A stretch of DNA of 64,000 bases from contig OZ251219.1 of NCBI GenBank assembly GCA_965240465.1, forward strand, positions 768,001 through 832,000. Direction: 5' to 3'. A model generated the notes under the pieces. The model was not told the origin of the DNA, made no database searches, and saw nothing but the letters and a program-made list of their open reading frames with translations. Positions 51,560-61,771 of this stretch are shown here, in pieces. The position numbers were made by a program, and so were the translations under genes. How positions within the stretch are numbered: position 1 is the first letter of the stretch; every line of letters starts with the position of its first letter. This stretch comes from a bacterium (lineage in GTDB: Bacteria; SAR324; JACQKK01).

Positions 51560-51612
51560 ACTATTCCTAGTTATTTGACTTAAAACCGTCGCCCTAATTA
51601 TCTTTGGCATCC

Positions 51613-52644
51613 ATGAAGGACACCTCACCATTGCTGCGACAAGGCAGCGTAAAGAATCTGCGTCAAGCCCAGCGTGAAGACCAACTATGGTTTGAATTTA
51701 CCGATAATTACTCGGTATTTGATTGGGGAAAAATGCCCGATACCATTGCGGGCAAAGGACAAGCCCTAGCTGAGTTGGCGGAGTATTTTTTTATTCGCTT
51801 GGCAGATGAGAAATTTTGGAATGAGAGTGGTTTATCCCAGCATCAGAAAGTGCAGCCTTATCTACCGATTGGGAATCATTTTTTGCGGAGTGAACAAAAC
51901 GCAATTCTGGTATCTCTGGTGGATATTCCCAGCATTAGTGCTAGTCAGCTGACTGGCATTCTGGTGTATGATTATAGTTATGGTCGTCAAGCACGCCAGT
52001 TGGTGCCTTTGGAGGTAATTTTTCGCTTTGGAGTACCCGCAGGTTCAAGTTTGCTAAAGCGAGAGAGCTGGTACTCATTTCCCATTCATGAGGGAGCAGA
52101 ATTTGAGGAGCCTCTGATAGAATTTTCCACCAAGCTGGAGAGCAAGGACCGCATGCTATCCTATCAGGAGGCGATATTGATGCTTGGGGGAGATTTTTCT
52201 GCCTTTAGGCGTTTGCATGGAAAATCTCAGGCGGTGGCATTGGGTCTAAAAAGTATTCTTCAAGAATGCGGTTTGAAATTGTGGGACGGCAAATTAGAAT
52301 GGGCTCGGTGGGATAACGACTTCCTACTTGTGGACAGCATTGGGCCTGATGAATTACGGGTCAGCCGAGAAGAGGTAGTTTTTAGCAAGCAGTTTCTGCG
52401 TGATTTTTACTCGGGTACTCCTTGGGAGAGTGCCGTCCATGAGGGACGTCGTTTAGCAAAAGAGCGTGCCGAAGTAGATTGGGTATCCATAGTCAAGGAG
52501 GACTTGAAGATTGAGCCGCCTCCCTTGGAAGAGCCGTGGCTTAGAACGGCTGAGTATCTTTATCAAGATTTTGCGGCATTGGTGATTAATCGGCAACCCA
52601 GTGATAATTTTATAAGGGCGTTTCGGGATCTCCAGCGGTCTTAG
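51613..52644 (+). CDS. purC: SAICAR synthetase (long form)
   Basis: GSVK, FTDNYSVFDWG.MPD.I.GKG, PLEVIFR, EFSTKLE..DR, DGKLE and DSIGPDELR motifs. Confidence 0.9.
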   Translation: MKDTSPLLRQGSVKNLRQAQREDQLWFEFTDNYSVFDWGKMPDTIAGKGQALAELAEYFFIRLADEKFWNESGLSQHQKVQPYLPIGNHFLRSEQNAILVSLVDIPSISASQLTGILVYDYSYGRQARQLVPLEVIFRFGVPAGSSLLKRESWYSFPIHEGAEFEEPLIEFSTKLESKDRMLSYQEAILMLGGDFSAFRRLHGKSQAVALGLKSILQECGLKLWDGKLEWARWDNDFLLVDSIGPDELRVSREEVVFSKQFLRDFYSGTPWESAVHEGRRLAKERAEVDWVSIVKEDLKIEPPPLEEPWLRTAEYLYQDFAALVINRQPSDNFIRAFRDLQRS

Positions 52645-52674
52645 GCTCCAGTTGTTGCTGTGGCGAGGTATTTC

Positions 52675-53559
52675 ATGTTCGGTTATTTGTGGTTATTGGT
52701 TGTTAAGGATTTGCGGGTGGATTGGCGTGGTGGCGAGCATTTGCCATCCTTGTTGTTATTTGTGCTTTTAATTTGGCTGATATTTGCCTTTGCCTTTGGT
52801 ACTCAGAGCGTGGCGGAGTTTCGTACCACGCCATTGGTGATTAAGCGTGCTCGTTTGGCAGGGGCAACTCCCCAGCAGGTGAAGACCCTCCAGAGCATGG
52901 AAGGTGAACGACATCTCCAGCCTCAGTCGTGGGTTAGGGCTTTCAATTTGGCAGCTAGCCAGTTGCAAACCAGTTTTTCTGTCCCTCTTGACCGAGCCAC
53001 CTTGTTACAATGGAGCCACCAAACACCCTTGCAACGACACACAGCTGGGTTGCTGTGGATGGTTCTACTGCTTAGCGGAGTACTGGGATTAAATCGCTCC
53101 CTTTATCTGGAAAGACAAAACCACGCTTGGCAGGCACTATTAATGACTCCTACCCCCAGACCGCTACTTTGGTTGGCAAAATGTGTGTCTAACACTCTGG
53201 CTCTGTCAGCAGTTATGATGCTTGCCATCATTGTTTCGGGGATATCTTTTCAGCTCTCCCTTTTGTTGGTATTACCACCTCTGACCCTGATAATAGCAGG
53301 CGGCATTCTGGGATTTACCGCATTGGGATCGCTATTAGCAGCACTTACTACCAGCCTTTCAGGCAAGGAGATACTCTTGCCCTTAATTCTTTATCCTTTG
53401 CTTATGCCCTTAATACTTTCTGGGGTACAAAGCACTCAGTTGGTGCTGGATGGGTACTCTCTCAGCCAGACTCAGCCATGGCTGGCACTTCTTTTTTGTT
53501 CTGACATACTTTTTTTGAGCTGTGGATTCTTGCTTTCCAAGATTAGCTTCACTAGCTAA
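52675..53559 (+). CDS. ccmB: Heme exporter protein CcmB with a soluble insertion
   Basis: KDLR.DWR, LLW..LL.SG.LGL.RS...E, LAK and LLP.ILYPL..P motifs. Start placed at ATG 52675 after GAGGT. Confidence 0.8.
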   Translation: MFGYLWLLVVKDLRVDWRGGEHLPSLLLFVLLIWLIFAFAFGTQSVAEFRTTPLVIKRARLAGATPQQVKTLQSMEGERHLQPQSWVRAFNLAASQLQTSFSVPLDRATLLQWSHQTPLQRHTAGLLWMVLLLSGVLGLNRSLYLERQNHAWQALLMTPTPRPLLWLAKCVSNTLALSAVMMLAIIVSGISFQLSLLLVLPPLTLIIAGGILGFTALGSLLAALTTSLSGKEILLPLILYPLLMPLILSGVQSTQLVLDGYSLSQTQPWLALLFCSDILFLSCGFLLSKISFTS

Positions 53560-53682
53560 GTGGTACTTGGGGGGTTGGGGGGGAGGTGGAGGTGGGGGGT
53601 TGGGGGGTTGGGGGGTACCAGAAAAACTAGCCTGGGCAGGGTAAAACATGGGAGAAGAGAAAGAGAATTAGGTTTGGGCAAG

Positions 53683-54462
53683 ATGCAGTTATTGTCATCA
53701 GAGAGCATTTTATTGAGGAGGCGTGAGTTCCAAGACAGCCATTGGATTATCACCTTTTTGACTGCAGACCGAGGCTTGATAAAGGGGGTGGTGCGGGGAG
53801 CACGAAAATTGACTTCCCGCGGAGTAGGCAATTTTGAGCCTCTGAGCTCGGGGGTGATTTACTATCATATCAATCCCAATCGCGAGTTAGTACAGATTCG
53901 TAAACGCGATAACGCTGCCCAAAGCTGGTGGCAAAGCCAAAGCTACGAGAAATTTTGCTATGGGAGCTATCTAGCCGAATTGATGGAGCTAGGTCCGATC
54001 GCAGCTGAGCAAAGCACTGCTTGTTATCAATTACTTAGTGAAGGTTTGAAGGAGGTATTTCAAGCTTCGCGGCTGCGTTTGCTCCCCTTGATACGATTGC
54101 GTTTTGAGTTGAAGTACCTACGCTTAATGGGTATTCAGCCTAGTTGGGATGTGTGTGTCAGTTGCGGCAAAGTTCCTCCTTGGTCTGGCATTGGTGGTTT
54201 ATCTTTTTCTCGGGGAGGGATTTTATGTCCTTTGTGTGTCCGTCAGAATTCACCTGCTCCGCCTATATCATCTTCCAGCCTAGCCTTCATAAGTGCTTGG
54301 CAAGGCGGAGGAAGGCCGCTGAAACCTCAGCAAATCTGGTTGGAGCAGCTACTAGCTGCACTCAGTGCCTATCTTTGCTACCAAGTAGGACGTCAGCCAC
54401 GCTCCTTGAAATTGCTACCCAATCTAGACGAATTAGCCAGTGGAGAACAACCCGCAACCTAA
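53683..54462 (+). CDS. recO: DNA repair protein RecO
   Basis: ILLRRREF.DSH.IITFLT.DRG.I.GV.RGAR, FELK.L and Zn motifs CVSCG / LCPLC. Start at ATG 53683; the upstream extension is a G-run artefact. Confidence 0.9.
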   Translation: MQLLSSESILLRRREFQDSHWIITFLTADRGLIKGVVRGARKLTSRGVGNFEPLSSGVIYYHINPNRELVQIRKRDNAAQSWWQSQSYEKFCYGSYLAELMELGPIAAEQSTACYQLLSEGLKEVFQASRLRLLPLIRLRFELKYLRLMGIQPSWDVCVSCGKVPPWSGIGGLSFSRGGILCPLCVRQNSPAPPISSSSLAFISAWQGGGRPLKPQQIWLEQLLAALSAYLCYQVGRQPRSLKLLPNLDELASGEQPAT

Positions 54463-54582
54463 GCTGGATCTGATTGGCTACTCACAAAGATTTTAGCAGC
54501 ATAGCCAATTTATTTTGTGTTAGTATCTCCTTACTTAGTCCTGTTCCGCCATTAGCTAAACCTTATTCTAACAAGTCCCTTA

Positions 54583-55056
54583 GTGCGTTTCACAATCTTT
54601 GTAAAGCACCCCAAACTATGGCTGGTGGCAAGCACGATATGCTTGCTTAGCCCAGTTACGATTTTTGCTCAATCAGTTGGCGAAACTGCCTGTGTGAATG
54701 CACCGCGTACCAGCTTGCGGGCAGGACCGAGTTTTAGGCATCGGATCAGCTGGCAGATAAATCAGAACATGCCCTTGAAGATAATTGCTCAGCAAGGGAC
54801 TTGGCTTAAAGTGGAAGACCTTAATCAAGACAGGTATTGGATTCTGGCTCGGATGTTGTCTAATGAATTCTCTTGCGTGGTAATTGCCAAGCCTGTAGTA
54901 CACCTTCGCCAAAGAGCATCCCACCGAGCTAGAGCTGTACTTGCGGTGGAAAAGGGAACCCCCTTTCGGGTGTTTGAAAGACAAGAAAAATGGCTGAAAC
55001 TAGATTATTATCAGCAAGAAATATGGGTCCATGAAAGTCTGGTTTGGCCTCAGTAA
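54583..55056 (+). CDS. Exported tandem bacterial SH3-domain protein
   Basis: Signal peptide; two LR.GP/LR.RA...W.K...W repeats. Confidence 0.8.
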   Translation: MRFTIFVKHPKLWLVASTICLLSPVTIFAQSVGETACVNAPRTSLRAGPSFRHRISWQINQNMPLKIIAQQGTWLKVEDLNQDRYWILARMLSNEFSCVVIAKPVVHLRQRASHRARAVLAVEKGTPFRVFERQEKWLKLDYYQQEIWVHESLVWPQ

Positions 55057-55125
55057 AACAAATAATTGCCTCCTTCCGTACCTAATCACTACTCTTAAAG
55101 AACCCCCTTTTTCCGTATCGCTATT

Positions 55126-55734
55126 ATGAATCAAAACACCCCTCTGAGAAAATCTCTTAACAAGGAAGCACTTAATCAATTGTTTCTAGAAGCTCGTTCT
55201 TGTAAGGAATGGCAGCCCATCCCCCTGGATAATACCCTGCTGGAAAAACTCTATGAACTTACCAAATGGGGACCCACCAGCTTTAATGACTGCCCTCTTC
55301 GGATTATTTTTGTAGCTAGCTCAGCCGCTAAGGAACGCCTATTGCCCGCCCTGATGCGCGGTAATGTCGCTCCCACTCAAGCAGCACCCATAACTGCCAT
55401 CTTGGCTTATGAGCTGGAATTCTGGCGTACCCTAGATCGTTTGCTACCCAATGCGAAGGTTGCCCACCTCTTCAAGGACAAACCCCAAGCAGCAGAAGCA
55501 GCGGCTCTCAGAGATGGCAACCTCCAAGCAGGTTATTTCATTTTGGCAGCCCGAGCACTAGGGCTGGATTGCGGCCCTATGGCAGGCTTTGATAGCAAAA
55601 AAATCAACCAAGCTTTCTTCCCTAATTCTTCCATCCGCACTAACTTCCTTTGTAACATTGGCTACGCCAAAACCGATAAAACTCATCCCCGCGGACCTCG
55701 CCTAGACTTCCAAGAAGTTTGCCAGATCCTCTGA
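55126..55734 (+). CDS. rutE: Nitroreductase family protein, RutE/malonic semialdehyde reductase-like
   Basis: LF.EARS, WGPTS.N, LQ.GY.ILAARALGLD.GPM.GFD and NFL.NIGY motifs. Confidence 0.85.
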   Translation: MNQNTPLRKSLNKEALNQLFLEARSCKEWQPIPLDNTLLEKLYELTKWGPTSFNDCPLRIIFVASSAAKERLLPALMRGNVAPTQAAPITAILAYELEFWRTLDRLLPNAKVAHLFKDKPQAAEAAALRDGNLQAGYFILAARALGLDCGPMAGFDSKKINQAFFPNSSIRTNFLCNIGYAKTDKTHPRGPRLDFQEVCQIL

Positions 55735-55793
55735 TGACTATTAATTTGAATCTGCAACCTCCTCATTCCATCACTTCTGCTGTGATCGGATGA

Positions 55794-55873
55794 CGCATCA
55801 CCCCTGGGGCATCACCTGGGGCATCACATGACGCATCACCTGGGGCATCACCTGGGGCATCACCTGGGGCATC
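55794..55873. repeat. 12-nt tandem repeat (GCATCACCTGGG) x~6
   Basis: Read directly between convergent rutE and ntrX. Confidence 0.9.
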
Positions 55874-55884
55874 AGTAACTCAGA

Positions 55885-57264
55885 TTAGGGGGGGCCGAGT
55901 TGTAATTTCTTGATCTTCTTGTGCAGATTGCTACGGTCTAATCCCATTTCCGTGGATGCCTTAGATATATTCCACTTGCATTGTTGCAGTTTATGCCTCA
56001 AGTACTCAGCTTGAAAAGCCTGCTTCGCTTGGGAATAAGTTCCCTGTAGCCAATCAGGAGTTTCATTTTCCGCAGTGCCGCCAGCAGTACGCTTCAGGCT
56101 GGGGCCTAGGGCATCGTAGATGTCATCGGGGGTGATTTTCTCCTCTGTGTTGAGGATTATCAGACGCTCTATCACGTTTTTAAGTTCTCTCACATTACCG
56201 GGCCAAGGATGTTTTTCTAGTAGTTGCATGGCGTCGGGCTGGATTATTTTTTGTTTCCAGCCGTGATGTTTAGATAAGAATTCTAGATAGTAATTCGCCA
56301 ACAGGGGGATATCACCATGGCGATCTCTTAAAGGAGGTACTCGCAGGGGAAGTACATTGAGGCGATAGTAGAGGTCTTCCCGAAAATTAGCCGACCTGAT
56401 CTCATCTTCCAGCTGTTTATTGGAAGCAGCGATTACTCGCACATTGACGCAGATGGTTTCATTTCCGCCTACTCTTTCAAAGCGTTGCTCTTGGAGGACG
56501 CGTAAAATCTTGGCTTGGGTAGACATGCTCATATCGGCAATTTCATCCAGAAACAGAGTACCTTGGTGAGCTTGGTCAAACTTGCCTCTATGACGACCAA
56601 CTGCCCCAGTGAAAGATCCTTTTTCATGCCCAAACAGTTCGCTTTCAATCAGATTTTCAGGGATGGCAGCACAGTTTGTCTCCACAAAGGGTCCTTCTGC
56701 CCGCGGGCTTTGCTGATGAATGCTCCAAGCAATTGATTCTTTCCCAGTGCCATTTTCACCGTGGATTAGTACTCCGCTGTGGCTGGTTGCGACTAGCTGA
56801 ACCTTCTTTAGTAAATTGATAAAGCTGGAGCTTTTACCGATCAGGGGTCCGTGCCTGGGCAGCTGGATTTTCAGCACTTTATTTTCTTGGCTTAGCTGGC
56901 AATGTTTCAGGGCATTACGGATGTTAATAATTAAGGTTTCGCTGGAGAACGGCTTTTCCACAAAATGATAAGCTCCATTTTTGGTGGCGTTGACGGCATT
57001 TTCAATTGAGGCATGACCAGACATCATAATAACGGGTAGGTCGGGCTTTAGGGCTTGAATTTGCTTTAGGGCTTCCAATCCATTGATTCCTGGCATCCAG
57101 ACATCTAGCAACACGATTGAAATTACGTCATCAGTTTGTAATTTTTTCAAGGCTTCCTCTCCGCTGGATGCGGTAAGAGAGAGATAGCCTTCGTCTTGGA
57201 GCAAGTCCTGCAAGGATTCTCGGATGGTTGGTTCGTCATCCACGATGAGGACGGTAGATTTCAT
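55885..57264 (-). CDS. ntrX: Sigma54-dependent response regulator, NtrX-like
   Basis: REC domain (VDDE, LDVWMP), AAA+ (GENGTGKE, ESELFGHEKGSFTGA, LFLDEI), Fis-type HTH; directly downstream of ntrY. Confidence 0.88.
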   Translation of the reverse strand: MKSTVLIVDDEPTIRESLQDLLQDEGYLSLTASSGEEALKKLQTDDVISIVLLDVWMPGINGLEALKQIQALKPDLPVIMMSGHASIENAVNATKNGAYHFVEKPFSSETLIINIRNALKHCQLSQENKVLKIQLPRHGPLIGKSSSFINLLKKVQLVATSHSGVLIHGENGTGKESIAWSIHQQSPRAEGPFVETNCAAIPENLIESELFGHEKGSFTGAVGRHRGKFDQAHQGTLFLDEIADMSMSTQAKILRVLQEQRFERVGGNETICVNVRVIAASNKQLEDEIRSANFREDLYYRLNVLPLRVPPLRDRHGDIPLLANYYLEFLSKHHGWKQKIIQPDAMQLLEKHPWPGNVRELKNVIERLIILNTEEKITPDDIYDALGPSLKRTAGGTAENETPDWLQGTYSQAKQAFQAEYLRHKLQQCKWNISKASTEMGLDRSNLHKKIKKLQLGPP

Positions 57265-57353
57265 AAGGTCTGCCTAGTTAAGATAGGGGAGGTTATGGTA
57301 TTTCTTAAGAAATGAGCAACTTATGGAAAGTTTAAGTCAAGCTTGCCACAAGC

Positions 57354-59612
57354 TTAGGTGAGTTTATAGGGCTTTTTTTTGGGTTTGGTAATAATTCTAT
57401 TGGGAGGTAGATGAGGTACAGGCAGAGTGAGAGTAAATAGGGATCCTCCTTTTGCCACCGCGGTGTAGGAAATAGATCCCTTATGATCGGTCATTATTTG
57501 TTTAACGATACTCAAGCCTAGCCCTTCTCCTTGTTTTTTGCTGGTGGTGTATGGTTCAAAGAGATGCTGATGAATGTTTTCGGCAACTCCGGGGCCATTG
57601 TCTTGGATGGTCAGCTGTACCCGTTGTTTTTCGGTTAGGAAATGTGTAGCCATGGTGATATGCCGCGGAGTTTTTTGATTACTGGAATGCAGGGCTGTAA
57701 TGGCATTTTCCAGCAAGTTGATAATGGCACCACGCATCTGTTCTTGATCTAGTAGCAGAGTAGGTAGCTGGGGAGTTAGTTGGAGAGTAAGTTTAATATC
57801 TTTAGCGAGGCTAGCACTATACAATTGAGCACTTTCTGCCACGATAAGGTTGAGGTCTGCCGATTGAAAGGCGGTTTCTGGCAGTTTTGCAAATTGAGAG
57901 AAACCCTTAACCATGTTTTTTAAGGCGTTCACCTGCTGAACTATGGTTTGGGTGCATTGAGAAACAACCTGAGCATTTTCACTAGTCAGGCCTTGACTTC
58001 TACGCTGAATACGCTGAGCACAAAGCTGAATTGGAGTGAGAGGATTTTTAATTTCATGTGCCATTCGTCGGGCGACTTCTCGCCAGGCTAGGGTACGCTG
58101 AGTGCGTTGCATGGCGGTGGCATTGCGAATGATTATCAGCATCTCGCTGCCTTCCTCTTTGGGAATCTCTACCAGACTTAATTCAAGCACCTCATCTTCA
58201 GTCGGGCTATGCAAGGTAAAATTGCTGGTATGATTAGAATCATTGCTCTTTTTAAGCACATCTTGCATTGTCTTTATCTTGTGTGCCAGTTCTTTGCCAA
58301 AAACAGTCGCCACCGATTTACCCTCCCACTGAACAGGAATGTCAGGTAACATCTTATGGGTAGTACCATTCAAAGCACTCACCCGACCCTTGGTGTTTAA
58401 GGCTACAATCCCAGCATCCACATGCTCCAACAGCATATCCACCATCAAGGCACGAGCGTTTAACTCCTGATGATTATGGTCCAAACGCTGACTCATAAAG
58501 TTAAAGGTTGACATAAGCCCCTGTAAGTCACGGCTGGAATTCTCTAAAACGGCATCACTGATACGATGCTGAAAATCACCCTTGGCCATCTTTCTAGTCG
58601 CCTCCACCAAATGGTCTACTGGATTAGTAAAATGCGGAGTCAAATGGCGAGCAATCAAAAAAGTACTCAATAAAATAAGAACCGTCATGGCCATCATAAA
58701 CAACCAAAAACCCTTGTATACTAATCGCTGTAAATTCAAATTCTCATCGCGTGCCAGCGTTAGACTCCCTAATGTCTCCGTTAAGCGAGCTGGGTACACT
58801 TGTAACAATTGAATCACCAAACTAGGATTGACTCGCAAGGTCTGCAGCAAACTGCGTACCTGAAATGAACCCACCTGCTGAGATACCAATACCCCCGCTG
58901 AACCAAACTCGCGAGCTTTTATGAAATCATCAGCATCAGGTGTCAAAAGGGTTTCCAAAACATCCCCATGCGATATCCAACGAGAAAGCATCACGTCCTC
59001 CCGCCCGTAGACTACTACTCCACCTCTAAAACCTGGCAATGATTGAATCATCCACCCTTGCTGCTGATAAGCTTCTTCATCTATAGGCAAGACCAGCTGC
59101 AGATTGGTCATAAATTTCTGTAGCTGATTATTTTCATTCTCTGCTAAAATGTCCGCCAAATAATCCCCGTGATTCAAAATCTTCAAGTACTGCTGGTTGG
59201 ATATCCGTCCTAAAGATTGGGTGGTCACCCCTACTACCAAGGCATGAAATACCAAAGAAGGTAGCGAAAAAGCCAAAAATGCAATCGTAAATTTGACCCT
59301 CAGCGAAGAACGAGCCAGCCAAGTGGACTTTTCCAACAAAGCCCGCACCACTAAGCGTAAGCCTAAGTAAAATAGCAGTGCAAATAGTACCGCAAATAAA
59401 AACAAAACCTGTATTTTCTGCTGAGCAGGCGATGACACCCCTAGCACATCCCCCCTAGATAATAACCACGCCAAAGCCAAGCCAGTGGATATCAAACTCA
59501 CAAATAGCAGAATGCTACTCACCTTCCCTAGCCAAGACAGCAACCGCCTACTCCCAACCAGCCACCCAGACATTATCCTCTTGGCTTCAGATCTCACTGC
59601 CATATTTCTCAC
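57354..59612 (-). CDS. ntrY: HAMP/PAS sensor histidine kinase, NtrY-like
   Basis: N-terminal TMs; AWREVARRMAHEIKNPLTPIQL, NLLENA, DNGPG, FEPY.T.K and GLGL motifs. Confidence 0.88.
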   Translation of the reverse strand: MRNMAVRSEAKRIMSGWLVGSRRLLSWLGKVSSILLFVSLISTGLALAWLLSRGDVLGVSSPAQQKIQVLFLFAVLFALLFYLGLRLVVRALLEKSTWLARSSLRVKFTIAFLAFSLPSLVFHALVVGVTTQSLGRISNQQYLKILNHGDYLADILAENENNQLQKFMTNLQLVLPIDEEAYQQQGWMIQSLPGFRGGVVVYGREDVMLSRWISHGDVLETLLTPDADDFIKAREFGSAGVLVSQQVGSFQVRSLLQTLRVNPSLVIQLLQVYPARLTETLGSLTLARDENLNLQRLVYKGFWLFMMAMTVLILLSTFLIARHLTPHFTNPVDHLVEATRKMAKGDFQHRISDAVLENSSRDLQGLMSTFNFMSQRLDHNHQELNARALMVDMLLEHVDAGIVALNTKGRVSALNGTTHKMLPDIPVQWEGKSVATVFGKELAHKIKTMQDVLKKSNDSNHTSNFTLHSPTEDEVLELSLVEIPKEEGSEMLIIIRNATAMQRTQRTLAWREVARRMAHEIKNPLTPIQLCAQRIQRRSQGLTSENAQVVSQCTQTIVQQVNALKNMVKGFSQFAKLPETAFQSADLNLIVAESAQLYSASLAKDIKLTLQLTPQLPTLLLDQEQMRGAIINLLENAITALHSSNQKTPRHITMATHFLTEKQRVQLTIQDNGPGVAENIHQHLFEPYTTSKKQGEGLGLSIVKQIMTDHKGSISYTAVAKGGSLFTLTLPVPHLPPNRIITKPKKKPYKLT

Positions 59613-59819
59613 ATTTCTGTTACAATCATCCGATCGTGGTAATCACTAGAACCACAATCTATGGTATCAACAATCACTTTTTATAGATTACCATGAGCTA
59701 AACATTCTGGCCTCACCTACAAATTTTCGCTTTTGACACTAATCCCATAACATGGCAAACAGATGCCAACTGCTCCCGTAGTTAAACTGGATATAACGGT
59801 GGATTGCGATTCCGCTGTT

Positions 59820-60590
59820 CTAGGTTCGAGTCCTGGCGGGAGCATTTTTACGGGTAGTTTTCACTTTCTTTTTTCGGGGTTTTGCTAGCCAAGAGACTAA
59901 GATGCTAAATTCGTAGAGGATAGCTAGCGGCAAGGCTAGCAGCAGTTGAGTTATGGCATCGGGCGGGGTAAGAATTGCAGCTACGATGAAGGTCAGTACT
60001 AGGGCGTAGCGTCTATTTTTGGCTAGCCAGCGGGGGGTGATGAGTTTGGCTCTGGTGAGGAGTAGACTAATAAGGGGCAGTTCAAATACCAGTCCGAATA
60101 CAAATAGCAGGCGAGAGCTAAAGGAAAGGAAATCTCCTACTCTGAGGGAGGGGATGAGGTTTTCATCAAATTGTACTAGGAAATTGATGGCTTGAGGAAG
60201 GACTACTAAGTAGCAGAATAGGGCTCCGCCGACAAAGAAAGGATAAGATAGCAGCACAAAGGGCCAGATAGTGCGAGTTTCTTTTTTGAAGAGAGCAGGT
60301 TTAACAAACAGCCATATTTGCAACAGCAAAAAAGGAAAAGTGAGTAAAATAGCTGCTAAAAAAGCTGCTTTTAGGTGAGTTATAAAGGGGTCGGTGAGGG
60401 TGTCAAAATGCAGCTTTGTTTGAAAAGGTATCAGGGGTTTTTGGAGCAAGATGAGAATGTACTCGCTGAACGCCCAAGCGACAAGAAAGACCGTCGCCAC
60501 CACTGAAATGATGATAAGCAAACGTTTGCGTAGTTCACGCAGGTGTTCTATCAATGGCATGGGGGTATCGGCAGGAGGTTTTGTTGGCAT
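59820..60590 (-). CDS. tatC: Twin-arginine translocase subunit TatC
   Basis: MPLIEHLRELRKRL, QIWLFVKPAL, FGLVFELP and AAILTPPD motifs. Confidence 0.97.
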   Translation of the reverse strand: MPTKPPADTPMPLIEHLRELRKRLLIIISVVATVFLVAWAFSEYILILLQKPLIPFQTKLHFDTLTDPFITHLKAAFLAAILLTFPFLLLQIWLFVKPALFKKETRTIWPFVLLSYPFFVGGALFCYLVVLPQAINFLVQFDENLIPSLRVGDFLSFSSRLLFVFGLVFELPLISLLLTRAKLITPRWLAKNRRYALVLTFIVAAILTPPDAITQLLLALPLAILYEFSILVSWLAKPRKKKVKTTRKNAPARTRT

Positions 60591-60709
60591 GGGTCTAAGG
60601 ATTCGTGGTGAGGGAGCTGAGCCTTGCTTGTGTGTTCATTATACAAAATGTTACCTTGATATAAAGTCCTGGGGAGCAATAAATAACAGGGCAAACAGGA
60701 GAATTTCAG

Positions 60710-61771
60710 TTGAAGTTTTGGAAAAGAAAGCACACCTTGACAGGACTAGCCCGCACTTGTGGGTGAGCAGGAAAGCTCAGTCCGGTCGGGCTGAATGAAG
60801 TACTAGCAGAGTTATTACCCCCTAGGGCAGCAGAAGTGCTGGTTGGTTTAGCAGACCAAGATGATGCGGGGGTAGTGTATCTCAATGAGCGGCAAGCTTT
60901 AGTGCAGACTGCCGATTTTATCACTCCTCCGGTGGACGATCCCTATTTATTTGGTAAAGTGGCGGCTGCCAACGCCCTGAGTGATATCTATGCCATGGGT
61001 GCCGAGCCTCTCTGTGCCTTGAACTTGGTAAGTTTTCCAGAAGGAGTGTTGCCTCAGGCGGTTTTGAAAGATATTCTAAGGGGGTCTCTGGAACAGCTGA
61101 ATAATGCTGGTGCTTGGTTGGTAGGAGGACATTCGGTACAAGACCAAGAACCCAAATTCGGCTTGGCTGTCAGCGGTCTGGTTGACCCTAAGTGCATTTG
61201 GCGTAATCGCGGTGCCTGTCCTGCCGATGCCTTGTTACTAACCAAACCGCTAGGTAGCGGCATTCTGCTCAATGCTGCTCGTTCCAAACAGATCAGCCCA
61301 CTAGAACTCAAGCCTTGCTTGGATTCCATGCAGACCCTCAATAGCAGTGCCGCTGAAGTACTGAAGAAATTTACGGTTCATGCCTGCACCGATGTTTCGG
61401 GCTTTGGCTTAGCAGCTCACGCTTTGGAAATGGCTCGGGCCTCCAAAGTCTGTTTTCAGCTCTCATTGGCTACCATTCCACTTTTCCCTCACACCCTAAC
61501 TGCCATGGAAAAAGGTATCACCACCAAAGCCACCAACAGCAATAAACAATTCGTCAGCCCCCACCTCCAATGGAACACAAAACCACCACAACCACTGAGC
61601 GAAATCCTCTTTGATCCCCAAACCTCAGGAGGATTGCTGGCAGCCATCCCTCAACCAGAAATCTCCTCAGCTCTTAAAGAGCTCAAAAAGGTGGATGTTC
61701 TGGCATCCCAGATCGGAACCGTCACCCCGCTATCCAATAAAGATGCAATTTACTTGCTTGGTGGACCCTAG
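60710..61771 (+). CDS. selD: Selenophosphate synthetase, selenocysteine-containing (in-frame TGA at 60764)
   Basis: The ORF-track start (60836) extends in frame through TGA to a TTG at 60710 with AGGAG RBS, giving MKFWKRKHTLTGLARTCG-U-AGKLSP. DDAGV, DFITP.VDDP, ANALSDIYAMG, GGHS, TDVSGFGL and DPQTSGGLL motifs. Confidence 0.92.
60777..60794 (+). promoter_or_regulatory. Bacterial SECIS hairpin
   Basis: TCAGTCC-GGTC-GGGCTGA stem-loop starting 10 nt after the in-frame TGA, with G at the start of the apical loop. Confidence 0.75.

Noticed and set aside
53560-53682. Gly-rich N-terminal extension of RecO
   Set aside because: It is a translation of an intergenic G-run; RecO homology starts at ATG 53683.
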